Below, in pieces: positions 16,531-26,634 of a stretch of DNA of 64,000 nucleotides. Source of the stretch: Escherichia phage vB_Eco_Tribble. The DNA lies in sequence record OX016465. One strand, written 5' to 3'. Made by a program: the position numbers and the translations under genes. Within the stretch, counting starts at the first letter, position 1, and every line of letters begins with the position of its first letter. The notes beneath the pieces were generated by a model that saw only the letters and a program-made list of their open reading frames with translations, searched no databases and was not told the origin of the DNA.

Positions 16531-18864
16531 ATGGCAGATTACAAGTTGAGTGAATTAAACTCAATTGATACAATTCGTTCAGACGACCTCCTTCATGTCA
16601 GGGTTAAAAAGAGACCTGAAATGCTGGGTGATGAAGACCGTCGAATGACCTATCAAGACTTCTTAGCGTCTTTTAAACTAGAAAGATTTGTTCAGATTGC
16701 TGGTAGCACTATGACGGGTGACTTAGGGATTGTTAAGTTACTTTATGGTGGTAAGGCAGTCTTTGACCCTACAGGCTCTTCTGAGATTACTATGGGGGAT
16801 GTTTTAAAGACTTTTAAAATTAATGCAAATGGTCTTAAACTAACTATTGCAGATGCTTCAAGGTCTGCAACTGTTTATCATACTCTTAATAAGCCAAGCC
16901 CTAATGAACTTGGGATGAGAACTAATGCTGAGAATGATGCTAGATATGCTAGATTAGAAGTACTAAATACTTTTAAGTCTAGGCAGACAATTGTAGCAGA
17001 TGGTCAAGCACTGTTGTTAAGAAGTGCAACTGATAGCCCTTCTCTCTATGTTAGAGGTCAAGACCCATCTGGAACTAATAAATGGTATGTTGGATTTAAT
17101 ACTTCAAATGTTCTTGGATTATCAAATGAAGCCTCTGGCACGACATTGACATTGGATTCAGCAGGTATTAATTCTAATAAGAATTTAAATATCACTGGTC
17201 AGGTTAAACCTTCAGACTGGTCTAACCTAGATGATAGATACTTTACCCAAACATTGGCTAATCAAAGATTTGCACAGTTGGCTGGTAATAACACTTTTAA
17301 CGGCACTAATACATTCAACCAACTGAGTGTTTTCAAAAAAGATGGTGAAGCAATTAGGCTACAGAATGCCAATGCTGCACAACCATTGTACATTAAAGCA
17401 ATTGATAGCACAGGTGTCAACAGATGGTACATTGGTAATAGTAACGAAGGTGATAACGTAGCTCTAGAAAACTACAAAACTAGTGGCAAGATTACTGTAG
17501 GGACAAGTGTTAATATCAATAAAACACTAACTGTAACTGGTCAAGTTCAACCTTCAGATTGGACTAACATTGACTCTAGATATATTCCGGCAGCAACATT
17601 AAGCACTCTTGCAAAAATTAATGCTAAGAATACTTTTTCTCAAGGTCAGATTATTAAGGCTGATGGAGAGGGTATTAGGCTTCAAGGGGTAAATGATACT
17701 GGTGGTTTGTTCTTGCAAGGTTATACTTCTGATGGTGCTAAAAAGTGGTTTATGGGTACTAATGCTTCAGGAAACTTTACTATCAGGGAGATGGTGTTAG
17801 GTACTGAACTGTCTCTTAGAGAGAACTATATCCAGTTTAATAAGAATGTAACAATCACTGGGCAGGTTCAACCATCAGACTGGACTAACCTAGATAAAAG
17901 GTACTATACCGGTTCAGCATCAAACGCCAGATACATGTATGCAGGAAAAACTGGTGAAGGTGATAATGATGCTGCTATTGCTTGGGATGCTAAGACAGGG
18001 CTGTATAATGTCAAGACTGGAGCTACATCATCAAATCTTTTACTTCAGTTATATCAGGGGTCTGAGTCATCTACACCGTCTGCGCAGCTAAGATTTAAAT
18101 GGGCGAATGGTGGTATGTGGTATAGGACATCAAGAGATGGTGATGGCTTTGAGAAAAGTTGGGCTATGGTGTACACAACTGCACAGAAGCCAACCCCTTC
18201 AGATATTGGTGCATACACTAAAGCAGAAACTGACCAGAAGATTGCACAGGCAGTAAGTGATTCAACAGACCTTAATAAAATCTACCCTGTTGGTATTGTA
18301 ACGTGGTTTAACAGTAACGTTAACCCTAATACAGCACTGCCTGGTCTAACTTGGACGTACCTTAACAATGGTGTAGGTAGAACAATCAGGATTGCAGCAG
18401 CTAACGGTTCAGATGTTGCTACAACTGGTGGTTCAGATTCTGTAACGTTATCTGTTGGTAACTTACCTTCACACACACACAGTTTTTCTGCTACTACTTC
18501 GTCTTTTGACTACGGAACAAAAAACACTAACACGACTGGTGCTCACACCCACTCTGTAAGTGGTTCTACTTCATCTGCTGGTAACCACAGCCACTCTATT
18601 TCGTGGATTGGTCAGAACTCACAGCACTATTCCGGTGGTGGTGGTGGTTACATTGGTACAGGGCCGGGTTACACCGATGCTAACGGTGCTCACACCCACT
18701 CTGTAAGTGGTACTGCCGCTTCTGCTGGTAACCATGCTCACAGTGTTGGTATTGGTGCTCACAGTCATACAGTTAGTGGTAACACTGGTGGTACAGGTTC
18801 TGGTTCAGCATTTAGTGTTACTAACCAGTTCTATAAGTTAATGGCTTGGGTGAGGACTGCTTAA
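16531..18864 (+). CDS. Long tail fibre / receptor-binding protein with internal ~100-aa repeats and His-x-His tip
   Basis: Four repeat modules each ending in T(I/V)TGQV(K/Q)PSDW(S/T)N(L/I)D(D/S/K)RY; C-terminal HTHS/NHSHS/AHSHT motifs; C-terminus …SGSAFSV…WVRTA parallels the 15336 gene. Confidence 0.65.
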   Translation: MADYKLSELNSIDTIRSDDLLHVRVKKRPEMLGDEDRRMTYQDFLASFKLERFVQIAGSTMTGDLGIVKLLYGGKAVFDPTGSSEITMGDVLKTFKINANGLKLTIADASRSATVYHTLNKPSPNELGMRTNAENDARYARLEVLNTFKSRQTIVADGQALLLRSATDSPSLYVRGQDPSGTNKWYVGFNTSNVLGLSNEASGTTLTLDSAGINSNKNLNITGQVKPSDWSNLDDRYFTQTLANQRFAQLAGNNTFNGTNTFNQLSVFKKDGEAIRLQNANAAQPLYIKAIDSTGVNRWYIGNSNEGDNVALENYKTSGKITVGTSVNINKTLTVTGQVQPSDWTNIDSRYIPAATLSTLAKINAKNTFSQGQIIKADGEGIRLQGVNDTGGLFLQGYTSDGAKKWFMGTNASGNFTIREMVLGTELSLRENYIQFNKNVTITGQVQPSDWTNLDKRYYTGSASNARYMYAGKTGEGDNDAAIAWDAKTGLYNVKTGATSSNLLLQLYQGSESSTPSAQLRFKWANGGMWYRTSRDGDGFEKSWAMVYTTAQKPTPSDIGAYTKAETDQKIAQAVSDSTDLNKIYPVGIVTWFNSNVNPNTALPGLTWTYLNNGVGRTIRIAAANGSDVATTGGSDSVTLSVGNLPSHTHSFSATTSSFDYGTKNTNTTGAHTHSVSGSTSSAGNHSHSISWIGQNSQHYSGGGGGYIGTGPGYTDANGAHTHSVSGTAASAGNHAHSVGIGAHSHTVSGNTGGTGSGSAFSVTNQFYKLMAWVRTA

Positions 18865-18943
18865 TCCCTTATTGACTGATTGTTAAGATGGTGTTAATAT
18901 TCTTTATAGGTATTCTCACCATCTTGGCTGATGAGGTGATTAA

Positions 18944-19138
18944 ATGCCTACAATCCTAGCAATTCTCCTAAAAAATCTAGGTAGTTTCTTCTGGAAACTC
19001 ATTTTATCTCTTCTAAGTGAATACATGATTGAGAAAGTGTTCTTTAAGCTTGCAAGATACCTTGCGGGTAAGACAGACACCCCTATTGATGATGAATTCG
19101 TAGATAACTTAGAAAAAGCTTTTAAGGGGGAGAAATAA
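18944..19138 (+). CDS. Small hydrophobic protein (possible holin-like)
   Basis: 64 aa with hydrophobic N-terminal segment; at the 3' end of the late operon. Confidence 0.25.
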   Translation: MPTILAILLKNLGSFFWKLILSLLSEYMIEKVFFKLARYLAGKTDTPIDDEFVDNLEKAFKGEK

Positions 19139-19510
19139 ATGAAGTGGATAGAGGAAGCTTTTAAAAATAATATTGGTGCAATTGTTGTTGGTATTTTTAG
19201 TGTTATTGGGATGTATACCACGATGCAAGTTTCAAGTGGTAAGCAAGAGGTGTCTGTCACAACAAAATTACAGCAGCTAGATAATTATAGCAAATCTAAT
19301 TACTCAGCTATTCGTGATTTACAGTCTGACATAAGACTTATTCAGTTAGGGATGGAGAACCAGAAAGTTCAGTTAGAGAATGTTAAGGGTGAGAATGCAA
19401 AACTTACCAAAACTCTTGATAAATTCTCTGACAGTGTGAATAATCTGGCTCAATCAGTATCAGCCCTCCAAGCTATTACTGAAAAGAACACAAAGAATAC
19501 TGAAAAATAA
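19139..19510 (+). CDS. Membrane-anchored coiled-coil protein
   Basis: N-terminal TM-like segment (IGAIVVGIFSVIGMY) followed by a coiled-coil-like region. Confidence 0.3.
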   Translation: MKWIEEAFKNNIGAIVVGIFSVIGMYTTMQVSSGKQEVSVTTKLQQLDNYSKSNYSAIRDLQSDIRLIQLGMENQKVQLENVKGENAKLTKTLDKFSDSVNNLAQSVSALQAITEKNTKNTEK

Positions 19511-19516
19511 AATTTA

Positions 19517-19550
19517 AGGCTCCTTTTTACGGGAGCCTTTTTTTTTTTTG
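19517..19550. terminator. Bidirectional intrinsic terminator between convergent modules
   Basis: AGGCTCC-TTTTTAC-GGGAGCC hairpin followed by 12 T; sits between the end of the plus-strand late operon (19510) and the end of minus-strand thyA (19553). Confidence 0.7.
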
Positions 19551-19552
19551 TT

Positions 19553-20452
19553 TTACTTACCTACTGACAGAGGTGCTTCAATCTTTCCTGCATGTTGGTA
19601 GTTGCTAATACCACCAATAAAATCACTTGCGGTAAGGTGTTTTAGGTCACTTAGCGTGTTAAGCTGCACACCAATCTCAAAAGTAGGCGCATGGAACTCT
19701 TTATTGTTCATCAGTTCATAAACCTGCTTCATATGGTTCTGATAAATCTGAGTATCCCCAAAGACACCTATCAAGTACCGTGGAGTATATCCAGTCATCT
19801 TGCAAAGTACTTCCAGAATAAAACCATAAGATGCAATGTTAAATGGAAGACCTAAAAAGGTGTCTACAGAACGTTGATACCATTGTAAGTCAACCTCACC
19901 TTCGTTAGTGATATAAATCTGAAACAGAACATGACAAGGTGCTAAAGCCATTGAGTTAGCTGCAATATCTGCTGCATTCCAAGCATTAACAAGCATGTAA
20001 CGGTCTGTGATATCACCTTTCATCTTCGTTACTAAGGTCTCTAACTGGTCTACAACACAACCGTTATGACCTTCAAAGTTTCTCCACTGAACCCCGTAGA
20101 TTCTCCCACCTGCATCTTCTAACCAGTCTTGCTCAGAAGAATAGTTAGAGCTTAACCAGCGTTTAAAATCATCTGACCAGATAGTCCAACGTTCCCCATC
20201 ATTTTCACCCCAAGTACGGTAACGGAGTTCACCAAGTTTATTCTCACCATTCAGGAACCATAAAGCTTCCCCAATAACTTGCCGTGTAAACACCTGTTTA
20301 GATGTTAAGAGTGGGAAACCAGTACGCATATCAAAACGAAATTTTGGTGGAGCAAATGCAGAGATAACATCTCCAGTTCGTGTAGTACGCAGTTCACCAA
20401 CGGATAAAACATGGTTCAGGATATTTTTGTAACTCAAATCAGCTTGTGACAT
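19553..20452 (-). CDS. thyA: Thymidylate synthase
   Basis: Conserved ThyA motifs: FPLLTSK, EALWFLNGE, IYGVQWR, ALAPCH, LGLPFNIASY. Confidence 0.9.
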   Translation of the reverse strand: MSQADLSYKNILNHVLSVGELRTTRTGDVISAFAPPKFRFDMRTGFPLLTSKQVFTRQVIGEALWFLNGENKLGELRYRTWGENDGERWTIWSDDFKRWLSSNYSSEQDWLEDAGGRIYGVQWRNFEGHNGCVVDQLETLVTKMKGDITDRYMLVNAWNAADIAANSMALAPCHVLFQIYITNEGEVDLQWYQRSVDTFLGLPFNIASYGFILEVLCKMTGYTPRYLIGVFGDTQIYQNHMKQVYELMNNKEFHAPTFEIGVQLNTLSDLKHLTASDFIGGISNYQHAGKIEAPLSVGK

Positions 20453-20453
20453 A

Positions 20454-20999
20454 TCAAAAGTGTCCTTTTACTTGTGGAACATAGATTTCAAAGGTTGCTT
20501 TACCATCATCTGAAGGTCTCGACTGCACCTTTGCAAATACACGGTTATCATACAGCTTATCAAAGAAGTTTTCAAAAGGTAAATACACAGTGGTCTCTTC
20601 AGTAACTTTATGGAAAACTGTATGGAAAACTACACCAGCATATGGTAAAGCATCGACAAGAACACCTGCACCACCAATTACAAAGACATCTTCATCAATA
20701 GAGCTATCAAGATACTTCAAAAATGCTCCAAAGGACTCTTTGCTGGCCTTAGCATACATTACATCTTCTTTACCAAAATCTATACCATAATAAGGTACAG
20801 AGTTTGTTAAGATAAGGTTTTCACGTTCAGGTAAAGGCTTACTACCCAGAGTCTTAAAAGTCTCATTGCCCATAACTACTAAGTTGTTTTTAGTAAGTCT
20901 CTTAAACTCTTGCATATCTTGCTTATGTCGAGGCCACGGCATACCAGTTGGAGTACCAAACTCCCCATTTTCACCACTTGCAAAGATTAATTTAATCAT
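20454..20999 (-). CDS. folA: Dihydrofolate reductase
   Basis: DHFR-like N-terminus (MIKLIFA…GMPW…) and GG-containing core; adjacent to thyA as in T4 frd-td. Confidence 0.75.
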   Translation of the reverse strand: MIKLIFASGENGEFGTPTGMPWPRHKQDMQEFKRLTKNNLVVMGNETFKTLGSKPLPERENLILTNSVPYYGIDFGKEDVMYAKASKESFGAFLKYLDSSIDEDVFVIGGAGVLVDALPYAGVVFHTVFHKVTEETTVYLPFENFFDKLYDNRVFAKVQSRPSDDGKATFEIYVPQVKGHF

Positions 21000-21256
21000 T
21001 TTGTAAACCCTTTCTTAATAAACCAGTTGATAACATTCTTCACAGCTTTATTGCTATGGTAGATTAAGTGTGGTGTAGGTTGGTATAAACCATAAGCCCA
21101 GAAAGCAATGATTTCATTACATCCTGTACACCTTGTACTCTCTTCAGCAATATGACCGTTGACTATTTCACTTACCTCACCTTGTAAGTCTGTACATCCA
21201 CAATGTGGACATCGGATAGGTGTTCCATCAGACTCATAGCAGTGTTCAATTTTCAT
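20996..21256 (-). CDS. Small zinc-ribbon protein
   Basis: CPHCGC…CTGC motifs. Confidence 0.3.
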   Translation of the reverse strand: MKIEHCYESDGTPIRCPHCGCTDLQGEVSEIVNGHIAEESTRCTGCNEIIAFWAYGLYQPTPHLIYHSNKAVKNVINWFIKKGFTK

Positions 21257-21772
21257 CTATTTAACCTCAAAAACTGGCTCAAGAACCAATATAAAGTCTA
21301 CACAGTCATCTTCTTCATCCAGAATACCATCAAAATTCTTAGGAACGAAGTCGAAGAGGCTCATAACAAAACAGTCAGAAGTGACCCTGATAGTTCCTCC
21401 TATGTTCTCTACAGTTAACACTGTACGACTTTCTTTTACCTCCCTCAGAAGATTACTCACAAAGTCATCTAAGAAGTACTTCATCAGTGACTTGAAACCT
21501 TTAGGATAATCTGTACCAGAGTATGTTTCAATCTGTGGTACAAGCTTAACATTTATACTAGTCTTTGTTAAGAACGTTTTAGAGAACATACTATCAGGTA
21601 ACTTACAAACAGTCTTTCCAGTACCTTCATGCTCAATCTCAACAAAACCAGCTTCATCGCCACATGTAACTATTTTAAAAGATGCTTCATTCTCATACTG
21701 TGAAGCCATAAACTTTTTAAGCATCTCTTTAAGGAAATCTGCATGAGCATCTTGTAAGAAGATATCAATCAT
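21257..21772 (-). CDS. Hypothetical protein
   Basis: 171 aa ORF in the minus-strand gene series, tightly packed. Confidence 0.3.
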   Translation of the reverse strand: MIDIFLQDAHADFLKEMLKKFMASQYENEASFKIVTCGDEAGFVEIEHEGTGKTVCKLPDSMFSKTFLTKTSINVKLVPQIETYSGTDYPKGFKSLMKYFLDDFVSNLLREVKESRTVLTVENIGGTIRVTSDCFVMSLFDFVPKNFDGILDEEDDCVDFILVLEPVFEVK

Positions 21773-21785
21773 AGTTAATCACCTA

Positions 21786-22145
21786 TTATGGGAACAAGCA
21801 CTTAATGTCATCGTTTTTGAAAACAAAACTTGTGTAGTTATGACCATCAACATCCAACCAAACAGCTTGAACATCTACACCATCAAGATTCTGGTAAAGC
21901 TCTTTGATGAAGTGGTCTTTTACAATCTGACTGCTAGTTGTTTCCAACTTAATGTTCGAGATTGCTGAACCTACAGCCATATAACCCATGACACGTTTCT
22001 TCTCAGTATGCTTAATCTTACCATCTTTGTAAGCCATAATGAGATTGGAAAGAATCTTTACACCATAATACTTTTCAAGGTGAGTAGGTACACCATAAAA
22101 CCCTAATGCGAAGTTTTCAGAGTGGATTATGTTTTCACGTTTCAT
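21786..22145 (-). CDS. Hypothetical protein
   Basis: 119 aa ORF in the minus-strand series. Confidence 0.3.
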   Translation of the reverse strand: MKRENIIHSENFALGFYGVPTHLEKYYGVKILSNLIMAYKDGKIKHTEKKRVMGYMAVGSAISNIKLETTSSQIVKDHFIKELYQNLDGVDVQAVWLDVDGHNYTSFVFKNDDIKCLFP

Positions 22146-22146
22146 A

Positions 22147-22476
22147 TTAATCTGCCAACCTTAAATTGAAATTAACACCAAATTTTTCGCATACTTCCAA
22201 CATATACTCAAGGGAGACGTTACCAGTGAGGTGGATTATGTTGGATACACGAGCCTGAGAGATACCACAAATTTTAGCGACTTGCTCTTGAGAAAGACCT
22301 CTGGATTTAATCTCTCTCTTAAAACGATGTGCAACGAAGTCTCTCATTTCGTCTACATCCATTGGACAAATATAACTCTCCATTTCAGCCTCTCTATCAG
22401 CCTCCCAATCATCTTGTGGAGCATAAGGGTCAAAAACCTCATTCATCTTTCTTCTTCCGTTTGCGTGAAGTGTCAA
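22147..22476 (-). CDS. XRE-family helix-turn-helix DNA-binding protein
   Basis: C-terminal HTH signature GLSQEQVAKICGISQARVSNI; acidic N-terminus; true start may be the internal Met at about 22446. Confidence 0.55.
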   Translation of the reverse strand: MTLHANGRRKMNEVFDPYAPQDDWEADREAEMESYICPMDVDEMRDFVAHRFKREIKSRGLSQEQVAKICGISQARVSNIIHLTGNVSLEYMLEVCEKFGVNFNLRLAD

Positions 22477-22651
22477 TCAATGAATCTATGTTTGTAGCCC
22501 TAACCTTTTCACGTTCATCGTTAAGATAATCATCAAGAGCCTTTTCAATCTGTGAATCATCTTGACAGATAACTGTAAAGACTGTAAAGCCGTCTGTATC
22601 GTCAATTATCTTACCATAACCGCTTCTGGGATGTAACTTTTTAAGAGCCAT
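22439..22651 (-). CDS. Hypothetical small protein
   Basis: 70 aa ORF with basic C-terminal tail (RKRKKKDE). Confidence 0.25.
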   Translation of the reverse strand: MALKKLHPRSGYGKIIDDTDGFTVFTVICQDDSQIEKALDDYLNDEREKVRATNIDSLIDTSRKRKKKDE

Positions 22652-22652
22652 A

Positions 22653-23036
22653 TTAGATACCTGTGCAGCTTCTGTTTTCTAAGAAATACTCAACACCATA
22701 CATAGCTTTTTGCATCAAATCTTCTTTAAACTGGATACGGTGGTTGAGCATAGCCTGTATATCAATATCATCACGGTGTTTCTCTTTAATGTTTGCAGAT
22801 TGCAGGAAATACTCTGCAAGAACACGATACTGGTAGTCAGTCACCTTATCAGTCATCTCTGTTAAAGACTCTTCAGAGATTGGTTTAAGTAGCTCACCAT
22901 TCGCTAGAGCAACACCCTTTACAATCTGACAAGTATCCTCTGGGACGCCTGATAAGTTCACATTTGGTAGTTCTGTTGAATGAACTGGTAAACTCATTGT
23001 CATAACCATTGCAGCAGCTAATAAAATCTTTTTCAT
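22653..23036 (-). CDS. Secreted/periplasmic protein with signal peptide
   Basis: N-terminal MKKILLAAAMVMTMSLPVHS signal-peptide-like sequence; first gene downstream of repeat copy A and a candidate promoter. Confidence 0.4.
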   Translation of the reverse strand: MKKILLAAAMVMTMSLPVHSTELPNVNLSGVPEDTCQIVKGVALANGELLKPISEESLTEMTDKVTDYQYRVLAEYFLQSANIKEKHRDDIDIQAMLNHRIQFKEDLMQKAMYGVEYFLENRSCTGI

Positions 23037-23080
23037 AATGACCTCAAAGTTATATTAAATTTTGTATTACGTTGAGTATA

Positions 23081-23109
23081 AAAATAAGCTATAACACCTG
23101 ACTTGTCAA
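23081..23109 (-). promoter_or_regulatory. Candidate sigma70-like promoter (TTGACA-N17-TATTTT) for the 22653..23036 gene
   Basis: Minus-strand reading gives TTGACA, 17-nt spacer, TATTTT about 45 nt upstream of the start codon. Confidence 0.35.
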
Positions 23110-23270
23110 CAGACTTTATAGCTTATTTGGCAGATTTTTTATAAGGCTACTGCCATCCTTCCATACCTTACCTTACCACACCTAACCATACCTAACCAAA
23201 CTACACCATACAATACCTTGTTAAAAGACCCTCTTAAAGACCTTTTAAAAAGGAGCCTCCGAAGAGGCTG
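23101..23270. repeat. Intergenic repeat copy A (G-free YYACC-periodic tract plus conserved AAAAGACCCTCTTAAAGACCTTTTAAAAAGG box plus hairpin)
   Basis: Shares GGCTACT(G/A)CCATCC…CCTAACCAAACT…TTAAAAGACCCT(C/G)TT(T)AAAGACCTTTTAAAAAGG with 24365-24545; plus strand 23153-23219 has no G. Confidence 0.6.
23241..23270 (-). terminator. Intrinsic terminator (minus strand) after the 23281..23721 gene
   Basis: Minus strand reads AGCCTC-TTCG-GAGGCT followed by CCTTTTTAAAAG. Confidence 0.45.
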
Positions 23271-23280
23271 CCTAGTCAAC

Positions 23281-23721
23281 TTAGAAAGGTTTTCTACGTT
23301 GCTTGTTAATGTTAGCTTTCATAGCAGCTAAATGGTTTTGCTGTTCAATTAGTCGTGAACGTTCTTGATGGCTAAGTGCCATAGTGTTCACATTCTCAAT
23401 TGCTTGAGTGGCTTGCTTTAAAGCTCGACCAATCTTACCAGACATTTTACGTTTTGCAATAGTTGCTTGATGCTTAGGTTCAACCACACGATAACCAACA
23501 CCCATTGAAGCAACCAGATAAATCTTCTCTTCTTTAAGAAGCTTCTCAATAAACTTCTCAAGTCGGTTTAGACGTGTAAGCGCATAAGCCTTCATTTCAT
23601 CTTCGTACTTAACAATGTCACCTTGATAAGTTGGCTTCACAATACCTAAGAAGGTGTCCATCTCAGAATGTGATACAGTGTCACCGTAACTAAACTTTGC
23701 TGCTAATGCTTTCGTATTCAT
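23281..23721 (-). CDS. Hypothetical protein
   Basis: 146 aa ORF flanked by the two repeat copies; basic coiled-coil-like C-terminus. Confidence 0.35.
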   Translation of the reverse strand: MNTKALAAKFSYGDTVSHSEMDTFLGIVKPTYQGDIVKYEDEMKAYALTRLNRLEKFIEKLLKEEKIYLVASMGVGYRVVEPKHQATIAKRKMSGKIGRALKQATQAIENVNTMALSHQERSRLIEQQNHLAAMKANINKQRRKPF

Positions 23722-23723
23722 AA

Positions 23724-24329
<606 letters not shown>

Positions 24330-24364
24330 TTAGTTGATTGTTAAGTTGTTTGTAAAGAACCCTC

Positions 24365-24545
24365 AACAGAAGACTCTTTAGAAACTTGGTAGATTTTTAA
24401 CGTGGCTACTACCATCCACCCATACCTCACATCACCATACCATACCTGACCGGACCTAACCAAACTCCACAGCACCATACATCACATCACACAACCTTAT
24501 TAAAAGACCCTGTTTAAAGACCTTTTAAAAAGGTAAGTCTCATTT
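24365..24545. repeat. Intergenic repeat copy B (G-poor CA-rich tract plus conserved box)
   Basis: Homologous to 23101-23270 including GGCTACTACCATCC, CCTAACCAAACT and TTAAAAGACCCTGTTTAAAGACCTTTTAAAAAGG. Confidence 0.6.
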
Positions 24546-24660
24546 TAATGTAGCTGAGACTAACTACCCATACCAAACAGCACCGCACTATGCCTTACCC
24601 CACCTCACCGAGCCTCGCCCCACATCACTTAAAAAACCCTTTTCAAAGACTCTTAAGTGA
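24546..24660. repeat. Partial third repeat copy with inverted repeats
   Basis: G-poor tract CCCATACCAAACAGCACC…CCTTACCCCACCTCACC; 7-bp inverted repeat AGTCTCA/TGAGACT; 11-bp perfect inverted repeat ACATCACTTAA…TTAAGTGATGT. Confidence 0.5.
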
Positions 24661-24877
24661 TGTTGGTGAGTACCCGTTGGTTTATGCTGCTCAGTATACT
24701 CACCAAATTTTCTATGTCAACAACTTTTTATAAAAAAGTTCTGATAGCTATATGTGTCACGAAACAAAAGATTGTAAACAAGACACCTATTGCAAAAGAT
24801 GTGTCCAAAAGCTTACTTGCAACGTATGACAATACAAAGACAACCAGTATAAACAGAATGACTGTACTGAACATAGT

Positions 24878-26014
24878 TTATTCATAATCCCTAATAACTA
24901 GCCCTACAGGGAACTGTAAAGACCCCTTACGAGTCATCTTCTGGAACTGAACCGTTAAAGGTTTCCCGATAAACTCTTCAGGGTGTTCAGCAAGATACTG
25001 TTTCTTCTCGTGACTAGTCTTCCATGAAACATCTACAAAGACGTTAGGAAGAGTCTCTACAACGAACTTACCATGACCACGCTTATCGGTCTTGACACCA
25101 GTCACTTTAAACTCTTCAGTGTGCATCTTCTTGTGCTTAATCAAGAAGTATGAACGGTGACAACACTCATAGAAGGAGTCTTCAGAGATTGAACGGTACA
25201 TTGCACCTTCAAACTTAGATTCAACCCACTTATCATGAGCTTCATCAAACTCTTCCCAAGAATTTACACGGATAGTCTGTACAGGAACAACTCTACAGGT
25301 ATCCCCAAGCTCAACAATAGGTGAGTTATCAATAACTTCACGACGTTCAGGCCAAGATTTTGAATTGTCGCAGATATCATACCAGTAGAATTTAAGAAGG
25401 TGACGGTCTGGATTGTCAGCATTCTTAATCATAGACACAATATCTTCTAAGTCCCAACCATGAGCATAAATCTCACCATCAAAGTCTTCGACTTGTGGAT
25501 GCAATTTAAGCAACAAAAGCAAATCTGGGATTAGTTCTGCTGGGACGTTGTAAATAGTATTCTCACGAGAATAAGCCGTGAAGCTAACTAAATCAGCATC
25601 TCTTGAGATTCTACAACGTACACCATCAAGTTTTGGTTGAGCATCAGCAGGGAACTTCAGATACTTTGCATGACTAACCTTTGCAGCATCATGAGCAAGC
25701 TGTACACCTACCTTCTCAGTATTCTGTGCAGACTCTTTTGTGTAAGCATAACCTTTACGGTCAACTTGCTTTTTATACTTAGCAGCAACTTCAAAGAGAG
25801 CTTGCTGTTCAGCGTTACGCTCATTCTTTTTACCGATGTTCTTAGGCTCTGCTGTATACTCTTCAAACATCATCTTGCCATTTTCTTTACCATAGGTTGT
25901 AATAACTTTGTCACCTATAGCACCGCATGACCAGATGTTGAAGGAACCGTCTTTATTTTGTTTGTACAGTGTTGTCATTTTTAACCTCTGAGTGATACCA
26001 AGAGTTGCAAGCAT
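24878..26014 (-). CDS. ATP-dependent DNA ligase
   Basis: Nucleotidyltransferase motifs: KLDGVR (motif I lysine), FDGEIY (III), EGAMYR (IV), FLIKHKK (V). Confidence 0.8.
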   Translation of the reverse strand: MLATLGITQRLKMTTLYKQNKDGSFNIWSCGAIGDKVITTYGKENGKMMFEEYTAEPKNIGKKNERNAEQQALFEVAAKYKKQVDRKGYAYTKESAQNTEKVGVQLAHDAAKVSHAKYLKFPADAQPKLDGVRCRISRDADLVSFTAYSRENTIYNVPAELIPDLLLLLKLHPQVEDFDGEIYAHGWDLEDIVSMIKNADNPDRHLLKFYWYDICDNSKSWPERREVIDNSPIVELGDTCRVVPVQTIRVNSWEEFDEAHDKWVESKFEGAMYRSISEDSFYECCHRSYFLIKHKKMHTEEFKVTGVKTDKRGHGKFVVETLPNVFVDVSWKTSHEKKQYLAEHPEEFIGKPLTVQFQKMTRKGSLQFPVGLVIRDYE

Positions 26015-26171
26015 TACATGCGTAAAGCTCTAAGTCATTTTTATCCGGTTTATGAAAACAGTTTGCTCCGCAGTGGCAACGAAATGGCTTTCCACCAACT
26101 GTCAGGACGAAGGACTGAATCTTTCCATCAGGAGTTCGTACAGCATTTTTATGCTTATCTTCTTTGTTCAT
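25953..26171 (-). CDS. Small zinc-binding protein
   Basis: CHCGANC…CNACNSWYH cysteine/histidine cluster. Confidence 0.3.
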   Translation of the reverse strand: MNKEDKHKNAVRTPDGKIQSFVLTVGGKPFRCHCGANCFHKPDKNDLELYACNACNSWYHSEVKNDNTVQTK

Positions 26172-26374
26172 TTCCTCTTACCACCAATCTCTACGTCAAT
26201 AACTTGAACATCGCCAGCAACATCAAACTTATGAATGATGCTTTCCACAGTGTAAGTCCAATCCTCAATGCGAACCAACTCACCTTCTCGTGGGACGATT
26301 GGATTACGTTGAGCTACCGTTGTAGTGGAGTGAACAACATCATAACGATAGATATAGTTTACTAATACTTCCAT
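26168..26374 (-). CDS. Hypothetical small protein
   Basis: ORF in the minus-strand series; start placed at an internal Met to avoid overlap with the lipoprotein gene. Confidence 0.25.
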   Translation of the reverse strand: MEVLVNYIYRYDVVHSTTTVAQRNPIVPREGELVRIEDWTYTVESIIHKFDVAGDVQVIDVEIGGKRK

Positions 26375-26384
26375 CGTTAAAACC

Positions 26385-26627
26385 TCACTCAATAACCGTA
26401 GTATGTGATTGACCATTTTTGCCATAGCTATAAGATGTTGTTGTTTGAGAATTTGGACATCTTACAACAACAATATCTCTACTTATAGCATCACCATGTA
26501 ACTTGTACACTCTGCAATCTTGCATCTCTGGTGGGAGGCTGTAAGAAGCATTCTTATCTTCATAAGAAGGGTTGCAGCCAGATAGAAAAATAACACCAAG
26601 TGCAATTACTGCTTTCCACATAATACT
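26385..26627 (-). CDS. Small lipoprotein
   Basis: Signal peptide with lipobox (MSIMWKAVIALGVIFLSGC); about 80 aa mature protein. Confidence 0.45.
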   Translation of the reverse strand, partial: SIMWKAVIALGVIFLSGCNPSYEDKNASYSLPPEMQDCRVYKLHGDAISRDIVVVRCPNSQTTTSYSYGKNGQSHTTVIE

Positions 26628-26634
26628 CATCCTA

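Noticed and set aside
18865-18943. Long-loop stem AGATGGTG…CACCATCT between the fibre gene and the small membrane-protein gene as a terminator
   Set aside because: The 8-bp stem has an AT-rich loop of about 27 nt and no following T tract; too weak to call a terminator, possibly an RBS-occluding structure.
22147-22476. Lysogeny module (repressor with integrase)
   Set aside because: Only an XRE-type HTH protein is present; no integrase, excisionase or attachment-site-like sequence in the window, and the gene content is otherwise that of a virulent phage.
24657-24887. Plus-strand 76-aa ORF in the non-coding island
   Set aside because: No Shine-Dalgarno, overlaps the ligase 3' end, and lies in a region where all neighbours are on the minus strand; more likely non-coding.
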